64,000 bases of DNA from a bacterium (GTDB lineage Bacteria; SAR324; NAC60-12), in the NCBI GenBank assembly GCA_965209155.1, contig OZ242383.1, positions 1,248,001 through 1,312,000 on the forward strand, read 5' to 3'. This document shows, piece after piece, positions 22,093 to 31,381 of this stretch. Both the position numbers and the translations under genes were made by a program. The notes beneath the pieces were generated by a model, which searched no databases, had not been told where the DNA came from, and worked only from the letters and a program-made list of their open reading frames with translations. Every line of letters starts with the position of its first letter. Positions within the stretch are counted from its first letter, which is position 1.

Positions 22093-25000
22093 TTAAGTTC
22101 CTTTGCAGGTTCGAATTCCGTACTTTTTCATTTTGTTGAAGAGGGTGGTCCGGGAGATTCCCAGGGCAGCAGCGGTTTTTATCTTGTGACCCTGGGAATT
22201 TTTCAGGGCAATGAGAATCGTCGCTTTTTCACTATCCGCAACGGCTTGCGCCATTTTCCTGTGGTTGATCTTATCTCCAAAAATTGAAGTTTCGCTGATT
22301 TTAGAATTTATCCGTTCCCCCGGAAAATCGACCTCTCCCAGGGAGACATAGCGATGCAGAGTGTTTTGCAACTCCCGGACATTGCCCGGCCAATCGTAGC
22401 CCTGCAGGGCTTCCAGAAATCCCGCTGTGATGGGCTTTCCTTTTTGAAGCGGTGCCGTGGATTTCAAAAAATGCTCGACCAGTAGGGGGATATCCTCTTT
22501 TCTTTCCCGGAGCGGGGGCAGGCGAATGGGAAGGACATGGATCCGGTAATAGAAATCTTCTCGAATTTGCCCCGTCTTCACCCGGTGACTCAGGTCCTGG
22601 GTTGAAGCTGCAATGAAGCGAATATCGGGCTTGATGACCTCGGTGGTGCCAAGCGGGGTAAAGCCGTTGCCCTCCAGAACACGAAGCAGTTTAACTTGCA
22701 GGTTCGGCCCGATATCGGCCAGTTCATCCAGGAACAAAGTGCCTTTATCGGTCAGGTGCAGGAAACCGTGCTGATCGCTGTCGGCCCCGGTAAAAGCGCC
22801 TTTTTTGTGTCCAAAGAACTCGCTCTCGATCAGGTTTTCGGGGATGGCCCCGAGGTTCACCGGAAAAAACACTTGCTCCTTGCGGTCACTGGCCTCGTGA
22901 ATGGCCCGGGAGACCAGTTCTTTCCCGGTTCCCGATTCACCGTAAAGGATCACGTTGACATCGGTGGACGCCGCTTTTAAAATCAACTCGTATACCTGCT
23001 GCATGGGTTCGCTTTTTCCGATAATGTCACCAAACCGAAAACGGTCTTTGGTGCGGGCTCGCAGGAGGATATTTTCCTGACGCAGGGAGGTTTCGCTCTC
23101 TTTTAGCTCGTCCATCGCCTTTTTGAGGTTTTCGTGAAGCCTGGCGTTTTCCAGAGAAATGGCGATCTGGGATGTGAGGTGTTTGATCACCTCTAATCGC
23201 TGGGAAGTGAAGGCTCCCTCGACCAGGTTATTTTCCAGGTAAATGATCCCGCTCAAAGATGACTTATGAGTGATCGGTGCGCACAGAATCGATTTAGGAC
23301 GTTTTCTTTTAATATAGTCATCCTCAACAAACCGTTCCTCCCGAGAGGCGTTGTCCAAAACCAGGTGTTCCCGGGTTTGTTTCACCCAGGAGATGACCGA
23401 GAGGGAGAGGGATTGAGCCTTTTCCACAGGCAGGGAAAGCGGCAGGAAACATTCAACCTGCTCGGCACTCCCACGGGCAGCGATGAGAGACTGACCTTCG
23501 GTTTCCAGTATCAGGGCTGCTGTCTGGGCCCCGGCATTTTCCATGAGAATGCCAAGCAGGATCTCGAGCAGCGGTTCCAGCTCGAGGGTACTGGAGATGG
23601 CCTCCGAGGCTTTGAGCATTGTCCCCAGGTCCAGGTTGGCAGAAGGAGACGTCGCTTCAGCACGATCATTGGCAATCAGTCCGGGATATCGAGACTTCAG
23701 GTGCGCGACTTTCCGTTTTGCTCCCCAGGCTTCGTATTTCTTCAATGCTGAGCGCAGGTAAGAGCCGGCGGCGGCGCTTTGCCCCTGGTTGAGCAAGTAC
23801 CTGGCTGCCAGTTCATTGGCCAGGGCTTCCTCGTGGATAAATTCACTCTCCCTGGCCAAAGCGATGGCCTGCTCATAATGGGACAGGATCGCATCGCTTT
23901 CACCCTCCAAAACCCTCATCCGTTCGGCTTCCACCAGGTGGTATTTATGCAAATAATTGGGTGGTGCGCAGCGCGCCAGTTTCTCCAACGTCTCCTGATG
24001 GTCATGAACCTGGGTGAGGATCTCTTCCTTTTCCCCCTCGCTCCCCTGGCCGTAAACCGCCAGGAGAGTGAGGGACAGGTAGCAGTTGGCCCAGTAATCA
24101 GCAAGAGGATCCTTGTAGGTTTTCATCAGGGTGATCATTTCAAAAACTGTCTCCCGCGCTGCTTCGTATTCTTCGAACAGGTATAGCAGCACCAGCTTAA
24201 GGTAATTAAAACAGCTCTGTTCAGGAGGTTGGTACGCTTCATCCGTCCCCCTATCGTATTGATCCATGATATCGCTCGACAGGGTCGCAGGTTCCTCCAT
24301 CAGAATCACGACTGCCTTCGTCAGCATTTCGGTCATGGAAAATCCGATAATAAAATCGATCTTCTCGAGAGCAACCTTCAACGATGACAATTCCCCTTTC
24401 AGCCAATTCAGCTCTTTCCCGCATATAAACGCTATACGACACCTTGCGACGGCATAAATACCAGCATTGTAGAAATCTCCTATTTCGATTTCCATCTTAT
24501 GAGCTTCCAGCAAGGGCTCCAATGTCGCCGATAGCGGCTCCCGGTAGGACCGGATCGCGCCGTTGAACCCCCCGGAAACTCTACAGTTTATTTCCTTCAG
24601 ATCAAGCGCTTCCATGAGCTGTATGCTCAGATGACCGAGTTCATAACCAAATTCAAAATCCTGCATAAACTGGCAATATATACTTCCAAGGGTAATATAG
24701 AACTCGGGTGAATATTTCGGATGAAAATGATTCAGCAGAAAAGAGATGCGTTTTGAAGCGATGGGCTGCCAAAGGCCGTCATCCAGAGTCATCCCAGTCA
24801 AGCCATAGGCCACATGGAGCCTGTACAGGACATGGACAATGTCCTCGGCATGCGGTTGGGTGAGTGGCTCAAAGCGCATCACGTGCTCGACGCTTTTACC
24901 AGCCAGGCCGGATTTGATTTGAACGAGGATCTGCTGCCACTGGCCGGGAGACAAACGGCTCAGTTGACAGCCCAATTTCTCCAGAATTTCCGCGCCCGTT

Positions 25001-27879
25001 TCCATGGCCTTCTTTAATTCACCCTGGTTGGTATACGCCTTGATCAGGCATAAATAAACATTGGCCAGGTCCGGGTCCTCTCGGGCGTTGTCTTTTACAG
25101 CACCTGCCAGCCTCTCCATCAACTCGAAGCGGCTGCAGAGCCATGACATCTCCGTGGCTTCCTCATGCAGGGATAAGGTCAGGGGGTATTGCCGTTTCCA
25201 GGCGGTGGCTCCTATAAGGTCCAGGCCCAGGGTAAAGTATTCCAGGGCCTGTTCAAAAGCCGAAGCCGCCCTGGCCTGACGACCGGCTTCCAGGTTGAGT
25301 TCCGCCAGCTGCGATCGGTCTTTCCATTTATCCTTCGCCCTCCGGGCCAGGTTGAGATGGTGGACGATGTCAAAAAGCAGAGCGTCCCTTTTACCGGGAA
25401 CGTATTGCTTGAGCAGGGCCTGACCGATTTGAAGATGAACCGTCTGTTTTTCCTTTTGCGCAATGAGGGCATAGGCAGCTTGCTGCACCCGGTCATGCAG
25501 GAATTTGAAGCTGCCGCTCTCCGCGCTCGCTCCGGCGGTCGGATTATCCAGCTCCGGAGCCCGGGAAAAACCGAGGATCAACCCGGTTTCCAAGGCCGGC
25601 AACAGGTTCTCATCGATCTCTCCGCTTCCTTCTCCGCTGATCAACTCCAAGGATTCCAGGTCAAAAGTATTGCCGATGCAGGCCGCCAGGCTTAAGAGTT
25701 TCCTGGTTTCAGAGGAAAACCGATGGAGCCGGTCAATCAGCAACGCCACCACATTCTCGGTCACCGCCAGGAACTCGATGGCAGCCAGCTCCCAGGTCCA
25801 TCGTTTTTCCTCAGGGGAGTAGTGGATCAGCTCCTTCTCGGAGAGTACGGTCAAGAACTGGCTCACAAAGAAAGGATTGCCGCCGGTTTTTCGTACCAGG
25901 AGCTCGGCCAGCGGTTTGGCCTTTTCGGGACGGCAGTGGCAGGTATGGACGAGCAGCTGTGAGATGTTCTCCGGGTTGAGGGGCTTTAAGGGGATCGTTT
26001 GCACAGGCTGGCCTGTTTTTTTAATCACCTCACGACTGATCATCAACCGGTGATCGGCCTCCACCTCGTTGTCGCGATAGGCTCCCAGGAAAAGCAGAGG
26101 TTTCCTCTCCGGATCCTGGGCGAACCGTTCCACCAGCTTGAGGGTATCGGCGTCCATCCACTGCAAGTCGTCCAGAAAAATAACCAGGGGATGGGTTTTT
26201 TCACAGAAAATAAAGATGAAATCCAGTAAAACGGTTGTGAAGCGGTTGCGGGACTCCAGCGCTCCCATTTCCGGCAGCGGGGGTTGCGGGCCGATCACCT
26301 GTTCCAGTTCCGGGATCACCCGGGTCACCAGTTGTCCGTTGGGGCCCAGCGCTGCCCGTATCCTGCTTTTCCAACGCTCCATTCCGGATTTCTCTTCGAC
26401 CGATACCTCCCGGATGAGTCCCCGCAGCGCCTGGATCAGGGCGCTGTAGGGGATATTATGCCGGAGCTGGTCAAACTTGCCGGAGATGAGATAACCGTTT
26501 TTTTGGGCAACGGACCGGTGAATTTCACCGACCAGGGCGGTTTTGCCGACACCAGCGGATCCCGAGATCAGCACCATCTCGGTCGCTCCCTGGCTGACTC
26601 GCTCCAGGGCGTTCTCCAGGGCGGCGATTTCATCCTTCCGGCCGTAAAGCCCCGGGGCGATCTGCAGTTCTTCAGGCATATCATGGCGGCCCAGGGGAAA
26701 GTCGGACAAGCTCCCCTGCATTTCCAGTTGCTCCACACATGCCAGCAGATCAGCTATCAGGCCCGAGTGACTCTGGTAGCGCGCCTCGGCACGCTTGGCC
26801 ACCAGTTTCATCACCAGGCGGGAAAGGACTCTGGGTACTTGCGGTTCCATCTCGTCAAGGGGCAGGGGCTGCCGGGCAATGTGAGCGTAGATGATTTCCA
26901 TGGCCTCCCGGGACCCGAAAGGCACTCTCCTGCTGAAAAGTTCATAAAGGGTGGCGCCCAGGGAATAAAAATCACTGCGATAATCGAGCACCCGGTTCAT
27001 CCGGCCGGTCTGCTCGGGGGAGATATAGGGCAGGGTTTCCCCGCTTAGCCGGGGACTCAACGTCGTCAAATTTTCCTTAGGCAACCGGGTGGCCAGGCCG
27101 AATCCGGTCAGTTTGACCGTTCCCGATGCCGGATCGACAAAAATATTGAACGGATTGATCATTTTATGAAGAATACCCTGCCGGTGCACTTCTTCCAGGA
27201 TGCCGGCCAGTGAAAGCGCTATCTTCAGCAAGTCCGGCAGCTCGAGCCGGGCGGTATCCATCAGCTTTCTTAAAGGGAGCCCTTCGGTGTTTTCCAGGAT
27301 CAAAGCCCACCCGTTTTCACACTGCACCAGTTCCTCTGCCCTGAGGACCCCATCGATCTCGAGAGCCCGGGTGATCTCATGCTCATGCCGCATTTCCGCC
27401 AGTTCCTGCGCGTTCTGCTCGGAAGATGCCGCTCCCTTGATCAGAACCAGAAGCCCGTCGCTTTGCCGCTTGCCACGCCAGAGCCGGGTCCGGCTGCTTT
27501 CAAAAATGACCTCCTCCAGAGAATAACCCGGTATTTCCGATTTTTCCTCACTGGAAACGGACTTCGTTTTGTTCACAACCGGTTCAGGAGATACAGGAGA
27601 GGCTTTATTATTCTTCGCATCCACCGGATCATGACCCAGGACCAACTCATGCATCAGGTTCCTGGCAATGTTGCGGGCTTCTCTGGCGGTCAAAACCCCA
27701 TGCGTGCCAATGGTATAGCGTCTCTGTCGTCTATTGATGCGGTATTGCAGGAGATACACCCGTCTGCCCTTTGGGGTTATTTTACAGCCGAACATCGGCA
27801 ACTCCGTGTCCCACAGGAAGCAGTCTTTTGTTCCGCATGACAGATTTTCGACGGATTGCTTGCTGATTTTGCCTTTCAC
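22093..27879 (-). CDS. Multidomain sigma54 enhancer-binding protein: integrase Arm DNA-binding domain + Ser/Thr pseudokinase + AAA_16 ATPase + helical repeats + GAF + AAA+ sigma54 activator + Fis HTH
   Basis: FLWDTELPMFGCKITPKGRRVYLLQYR...RRYTIGTHG; YISPEQTGRMNR; GSAGVGKT, LDDLQW; IYLENNL; GESGTGKE, GAFTGA, WPGNVREL, LGISRTTL; GTG start with GGGAGG. Confidence 0.9.
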   Translation of the reverse strand: MKGKISKQSVENLSCGTKDCFLWDTELPMFGCKITPKGRRVYLLQYRINRRQRRYTIGTHGVLTAREARNIARNLMHELVLGHDPVDAKNNKASPVSPEPVVNKTKSVSSEEKSEIPGYSLEEVIFESSRTRLWRGKRQSDGLLVLIKGAASSEQNAQELAEMRHEHEITRALEIDGVLRAEELVQCENGWALILENTEGLPLRKLMDTARLELPDLLKIALSLAGILEEVHRQGILHKMINPFNIFVDPASGTVKLTGFGLATRLPKENLTTLSPRLSGETLPYISPEQTGRMNRVLDYRSDFYSLGATLYELFSRRVPFGSREAMEIIYAHIARQPLPLDEMEPQVPRVLSRLVMKLVAKRAEARYQSHSGLIADLLACVEQLEMQGSLSDFPLGRHDMPEELQIAPGLYGRKDEIAALENALERVSQGATEMVLISGSAGVGKTALVGEIHRSVAQKNGYLISGKFDQLRHNIPYSALIQALRGLIREVSVEEKSGMERWKSRIRAALGPNGQLVTRVIPELEQVIGPQPPLPEMGALESRNRFTTVLLDFIFIFCEKTHPLVIFLDDLQWMDADTLKLVERFAQDPERKPLLFLGAYRDNEVEADHRLMISREVIKKTGQPVQTIPLKPLNPENISQLLVHTCHCRPEKAKPLAELLVRKTGGNPFFVSQFLTVLSEKELIHYSPEEKRWTWELAAIEFLAVTENVVALLIDRLHRFSSETRKLLSLAACIGNTFDLESLELISGEGSGEIDENLLPALETGLILGFSRAPELDNPTAGASAESGSFKFLHDRVQQAAYALIAQKEKQTVHLQIGQALLKQYVPGKRDALLFDIVHHLNLARRAKDKWKDRSQLAELNLEAGRQARAASAFEQALEYFTLGLDLIGATAWKRQYPLTLSLHEEATEMSWLCSRFELMERLAGAVKDNAREDPDLANVYLCLIKAYTNQGELKKAMETGAEILEKLGCQLSRLSPGQWQQILVQIKSGLAGKSVEHVMRFEPLTQPHAEDIVHVLYRLHVAYGLTGMTLDDGLWQPIASKRISFLLNHFHPKYSPEFYITLGSIYCQFMQDFEFGYELGHLSIQLMEALDLKEINCRVSGGFNGAIRSYREPLSATLEPLLEAHKMEIEIGDFYNAGIYAVARCRIAFICGKELNWLKGELSSLKVALEKIDFIIGFSMTEMLTKAVVILMEEPATLSSDIMDQYDRGTDEAYQPPEQSCFNYLKLVLLYLFEEYEAARETVFEMITLMKTYKDPLADYWANCYLSLTLLAVYGQGSEGEKEEILTQVHDHQETLEKLARCAPPNYLHKYHLVEAERMRVLEGESDAILSHYEQAIALARESEFIHEEALANELAARYLLNQGQSAAAGSYLRSALKKYEAWGAKRKVAHLKSRYPGLIANDRAEATSPSANLDLGTMLKASEAISSTLELEPLLEILLGILMENAGAQTAALILETEGQSLIAARGSAEQVECFLPLSLPVEKAQSLSLSVISWVKQTREHLVLDNASREERFVEDDYIKRKRPKSILCAPITHKSSLSGIIYLENNLVEGAFTSQRLEVIKHLTSQIAISLENARLHENLKKAMDELKESETSLRQENILLRARTKDRFRFGDIIGKSEPMQQVYELILKAASTDVNVILYGESGTGKELVSRAIHEASDRKEQVFFPVNLGAIPENLIESEFFGHKKGAFTGADSDQHGFLHLTDKGTLFLDELADIGPNLQVKLLRVLEGNGFTPLGTTEVIKPDIRFIAASTQDLSHRVKTGQIREDFYYRIHVLPIRLPPLRERKEDIPLLVEHFLKSTAPLQKGKPITAGFLEALQGYDWPGNVRELQNTLHRYVSLGEVDFPGERINSKISETSIFGDKINHRKMAQAVADSEKATILIALKNSQGHKIKTAAALGISRTTLFNKMKKYGIRTCKGT

Positions 27880-27920
27880 AGTCCTCCCGCTATTTTGGAT
27901 ATCAAATAAAAATCAATGAT

Positions 27921-28144
27921 TCTGCTTGACGCATCGTGCCACGTCACCGCTGTGGAAAAATAGACAGTAAACAAATAGCAAACATTCGTCAACAGAATTA
28001 TTTATCAAAGAGAGTCATACCTCGTCACCGCTGTGGAAAAATAGACAGTAAACAAATAGCAAACATTCGTCAACAGAATTGTTTATCTGCTTGACTTATC
28101 GTGCAACGTTACCAATGCTGAAAATTGACAGCAATCAAATTACA
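27921..28144 (+). repeat. About three tandem ~82-bp repeats upstream of the large activator
   Basis: 27942-28006 vs 28023-28087 differ at one base; 28086-28144 is a diverged copy of 27921-27980. Confidence 0.9.
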
Positions 28145-28385
28145 TCATTGTGAAAAGGGGTCCGATTGATTGAAAGTCGACCAAGCCGAGAAAAAATAGG
28201 GTTGAGAGAGGGAATTGCGTTGATGTGGTTCTATTCAAGGATGATATCTTTCTAGCTTTTGCTGAAAAGGTGAGAAAAGCAAGCTTGTTTCTCTTGAGGA
28301 GACTTGTTAAAATCTCATGAAATCAAATCAGAGAATTCGAATGCAATTATTGAAGATTCTCAAGGATTTTATTAAATAAAGCCTT

Positions 28386-28691
28386 ATGCTCCAGGAAATA
28401 GGTGCTAAAATACAGGCAGGCTCATTTGAATTCTCAAAACATGCTCTTGACCAAAGCATTATTCGCCGAATTCGTTTAGAAGAAATACGTGAGGTAATTG
28501 CATCAGGTGAAATTATTGAGGATTATCCAGAAGATAAATATGGCCCCAGTTGCCTTATTTTGGGTTTTACTCAGGCTAAAAGGCCTCTACATATTCAGTG
28601 TAGTTATCCTTCTCGGTCTTTAATAAAGATCATCACTCTTTATGAACCTGATGAAGCCCGATGGACAGACTTTAAAATAAGGAGAACTTAA
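28386..28691 (+). CDS. DUF4258 family toxin-like protein
   Basis: FSKHALDQ, GEIIEDYPEDKYGPSCLILG, PLHI, ITLYEPD. Confidence 0.88.
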   Translation: MLQEIGAKIQAGSFEFSKHALDQSIIRRIRLEEIREVIASGEIIEDYPEDKYGPSCLILGFTQAKRPLHIQCSYPSRSLIKIITLYEPDEARWTDFKIRRT

Positions 28692-28692
28692 A

Positions 28693-28917
28693 ATGGAATC
28701 AGATCTTTGGAAGGAATCGTTACAAGAATGCACAGTGACCTATACCCTTGAGATGGATGGAAGGCTGATTGTTGTTGAAAACGTTCCCGCTCGGGTCAAT
28801 CAAGAAACCGGAGAACAGCTTTTCTCTCCAGAAACGGTTCAACGCATCCAACAAATGGCATGGGAGCAAAAGAAACCCAATCGGGTCATAGAGGTTCCTG
28901 TATTTGAGTTTGCTTAA
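28693..28917 (+). CDS. YgiT/MqsA-type antitoxin-like protein lacking zinc ligands
   Basis: IVVENVPARVNQETGEQLFSPET; EVPVFEFA C-terminus. Confidence 0.8.
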   Translation: MESDLWKESLQECTVTYTLEMDGRLIVVENVPARVNQETGEQLFSPETVQRIQQMAWEQKKPNRVIEVPVFEFA

Positions 28918-29439
28918 AAGAGCATATAGAGAAACCCTTTTCCTAATTCCTTGTTGCTACTTTTACTGACAGATTACTGACAAACTATATACAAGATAAC
29001 GTCATTATAAAAATTCCTAAAAACTCAACTTAACCCCGGCCAATAGGGTTCTTCCTCAGTTTGTTCTTGCAAAACCCATTGTTAAAAATTTTGCTCCTGC
29101 ATTGGTGGTTTAATTCGTTCTTAGCCCAGTATTTAAAGGGTTTCACGAGGAATTGAGGGTTGGTAGAAAACTTCGTTCGGAAAATCTGGGGACAGTTACC
29201 AATTTTTGCAATGAAAATCCGAAAATCCGGGGACCGTCCCGTAACCACCACGAGAGGGACAAACGCTTCGTAGGTTGGGATTGATTGCTCAAGATGAGAA
29301 CAAGGGAATTCAGAAGAGTTGCTCGTTGGTGTTAACATTAATTTGTATGGTTATGATCGCTCCTTAAAATGTTGTTGACTGTGTCTTTTGCTAAATCCTT
29401 ACCTCCTTGTTCAGGTATGGTCTTCTAATTAATCCCATT

Positions 29440-29992
29440 AAACCACCAGCTCTGCTGGTGCGAACCTAATAGGCTTTGCCGGTCAGACATGAGAGACGTA
29501 TCCGTGTCCGTGAGCCGTGCTCGTGCTCGTGAACGGTCAGTGAATTCGACGGCACATTTTGGTTAACATAGAAACAATGCGATGAAGTAACTGTTTCCCT
29601 TCGTCAAATAAAGGAGGCTGGATGATCTTCAACACGTTTAAAACATCGAGAATAGCTGCGCATTCCATTGCGGAACCTCGGGCAAATGCATAGAATCGTT
29701 GCTTGTCAGGAAAGGAATTTTATCCACAGCCTTCTGCGATATTGAGAGGAATCGACCATGAGGCCCTTTTCAGTTGGTCAACTAAGGCTGAGTATCCTTT
29801 TGGCAATGTTTCGATGACTTGGACAGATAACGCTAAAAATTCGATGGAACATTGGTATACATCGAGTTTTTCATGATCTAACATGGCAGCCTTTTTCGTT
29901 CACGAGCACGAGCACGTCTTACGATGACGAACACGTTTTGCCCCCATCCTGGGGGCCTCTTCAAGCCACCGGCTCTGCCGGTGGTGATGACT
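29440..29992. mobile_element. Cassette: hairpin ends + (CGTGCT)n inverted repeats + four-helix-bundle gene
   Basis: CCACCAGCTCTGCTGGTG on the left, CCACCGGCTCTGCCGGTGGTGATGACT on the right; perfect 20-bp IR at 29516-29535 and 29897-29916. Confidence 0.6.
29537..29884 (-). pseudogene. Four-helix-bundle (23S rRNA IVP-like) protein with one in-frame stop
   Basis: Manual translation: MLDHEKLDVYQ...DQLKRASWSIPLNIAEGCG*NSFPDKQRFYAFARGSAMECAAILD...RIVSMLTKMCRRIH; TAA at 29720-29722. Confidence 0.88.
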
Positions 29993-30121
29993 TTATTTTA
30001 AACGCTTGACCGCCATTGAGACGGATCACAATGGCCCCTTAATTCTCATTCGTGGCATTGACCCGTCCCGGTAAAATGATTTTTTGCTGCCTCAGTATTC
30101 CCTTACTCAAGTATAAAAAGC

Positions 30122-31120
30122 TTACCAGGCATAGGCTTCCGGAGCTTCTCCCCCGGGTCCCGGCCAGATCTCATCGAGTTGCTTCAGGGTCGCTTCATCC
30201 AGGGTGACCTCGGTCGCCCGGATGGAACTCTCCAATTGCTCCAGGGTACGGGGACCGATAATTATCGAGGTTACGGCCGGATTGTGCAGGAGCCAGGCCT
30301 GGGCTATCACAGCGGGTTCCTCTCCCAGTTCCCGGCAAAGCGCTTCGTACCGTTCGACCTGGTTGCGGTGTTTGGTCAAATAATCCCGCACCCCTTCCTT
30401 CTCCCGGCGTCCTCCTTCCGGTATATCATTCAGGATGCCTCCCAGGAAACCACCATGTACCGGACTCCAGGGAATCAAACCGAGTCCATAATGCCGGCAG
30501 GCAGGGATCACTTCCAGTTCGACTGTGCGAACAGCCAGGTTGTAACGACTCTGTTCGCTCACCAGGCCCATCAAGTTGCGCCGGGCTGCTTCCTGACAGG
30601 CGGTGGCGATGTCCCATCCGGCAAAGTTGGAAGACCCCACGTAAATGATCTTGCCTTGCTTCACCAGGCTGTCAAAAACTTGCCAGGTTTCCTCCCAGGG
30701 ACATTCCCGGTCGATGTGGTGCATTTGATAGAGGTCGATCACCTCGGTTTGCAACCGGCGTAGCGATCCCTCCAACTGCCGGCGGATCTTCACTGCGCCT
30801 ATTGCCTCTGATTGCCGGTTCGGTTCCGGACGGAGTCCTTCCTTCAAGAACGCCTTGAAGACCTTGGTAGCCAGCACCACTGCATCCCGCCGACCGTCTC
30901 CCTGGGCAAACCAGCGTCCCAGGGTTTCCTCGGTGGCTCCATACTGGTCGAATGCATAGAAATCGGCGGTGTCGAAGAAATTGATGCCATGCTCCAGAGC
31001 CCGGTCCATGATGGCAAAACTTTCCTTTTCACCGATCAAGGTGCCAATATTCACCGTGCCAAGACATAAGTTGCTTACCAATGTGCCGTGTCGGCCCAGT
31101 CGTTTGTATTTCACTGCCAT
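30122..31120 (-). CDS. Aldo/keto reductase
   Basis: LCLGT, GINFFDTAD, LATKV, IDLYQMH, PWSP, GPRTLEQL. Confidence 0.95.
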   Translation of the reverse strand: MAVKYKRLGRHGTLVSNLCLGTVNIGTLIGEKESFAIMDRALEHGINFFDTADFYAFDQYGATEETLGRWFAQGDGRRDAVVLATKVFKAFLKEGLRPEPNRQSEAIGAVKIRRQLEGSLRRLQTEVIDLYQMHHIDRECPWEETWQVFDSLVKQGKIIYVGSSNFAGWDIATACQEAARRNLMGLVSEQSRYNLAVRTVELEVIPACRHYGLGLIPWSPVHGGFLGGILNDIPEGGRREKEGVRDYLTKHRNQVERYEALCRELGEEPAVIAQAWLLHNPAVTSIIIGPRTLEQLESSIRATEVTLDEATLKQLDEIWPGPGGEAPEAYAW

Positions 31121-31381
31121 AGATCTCTCCTTTCCTGATTCAAAATACGGGGACAGTTACTGATTATTTACCAAAATCCGGGAACTGTCACGCAACCACA
31201 ATTTGTTACCCCTATTTTCACATATCTGCCTGTGTTGTTCAATGTATTTCTTTGTTGAGAATCCAAGAGTATTTTCAACATTTTCTAAATCAATTGAAAG
31301 ATTAATCGAGGATCCTCTCTACCAACCCTTCCTCCTGAAAAGCTTCCAAAAAGAGCGACAACAGATTTCTTTGCGTTCTCG

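Noticed and set aside
27610..27879. Functional phage integrase or prophage boundary
   Set aside because: Only the arm domain is present; no R-H-R-Y catalytic domain, tRNA or phage genes
27921..28144. Possible CRISPR or iteron array
   Set aside because: Units are long tandem duplications without unique spacers; no cas or rep gene nearby
29030..29338. 102-aa minus-strand ORF
   Set aside because: No recognisable motif; overlaps a repeat doublet
29720..29722. Recoded stop or alternative genetic code
   Set aside because: The codon is TAA, used as a normal stop by neighbouring genes; a nonsense mutation or sequencing error is simpler
29537..29884. Diversity-generating retroelement (Avd-like gene)
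   Set aside because: No reverse transcriptase and no TR/VR pair differing at adenines in the window
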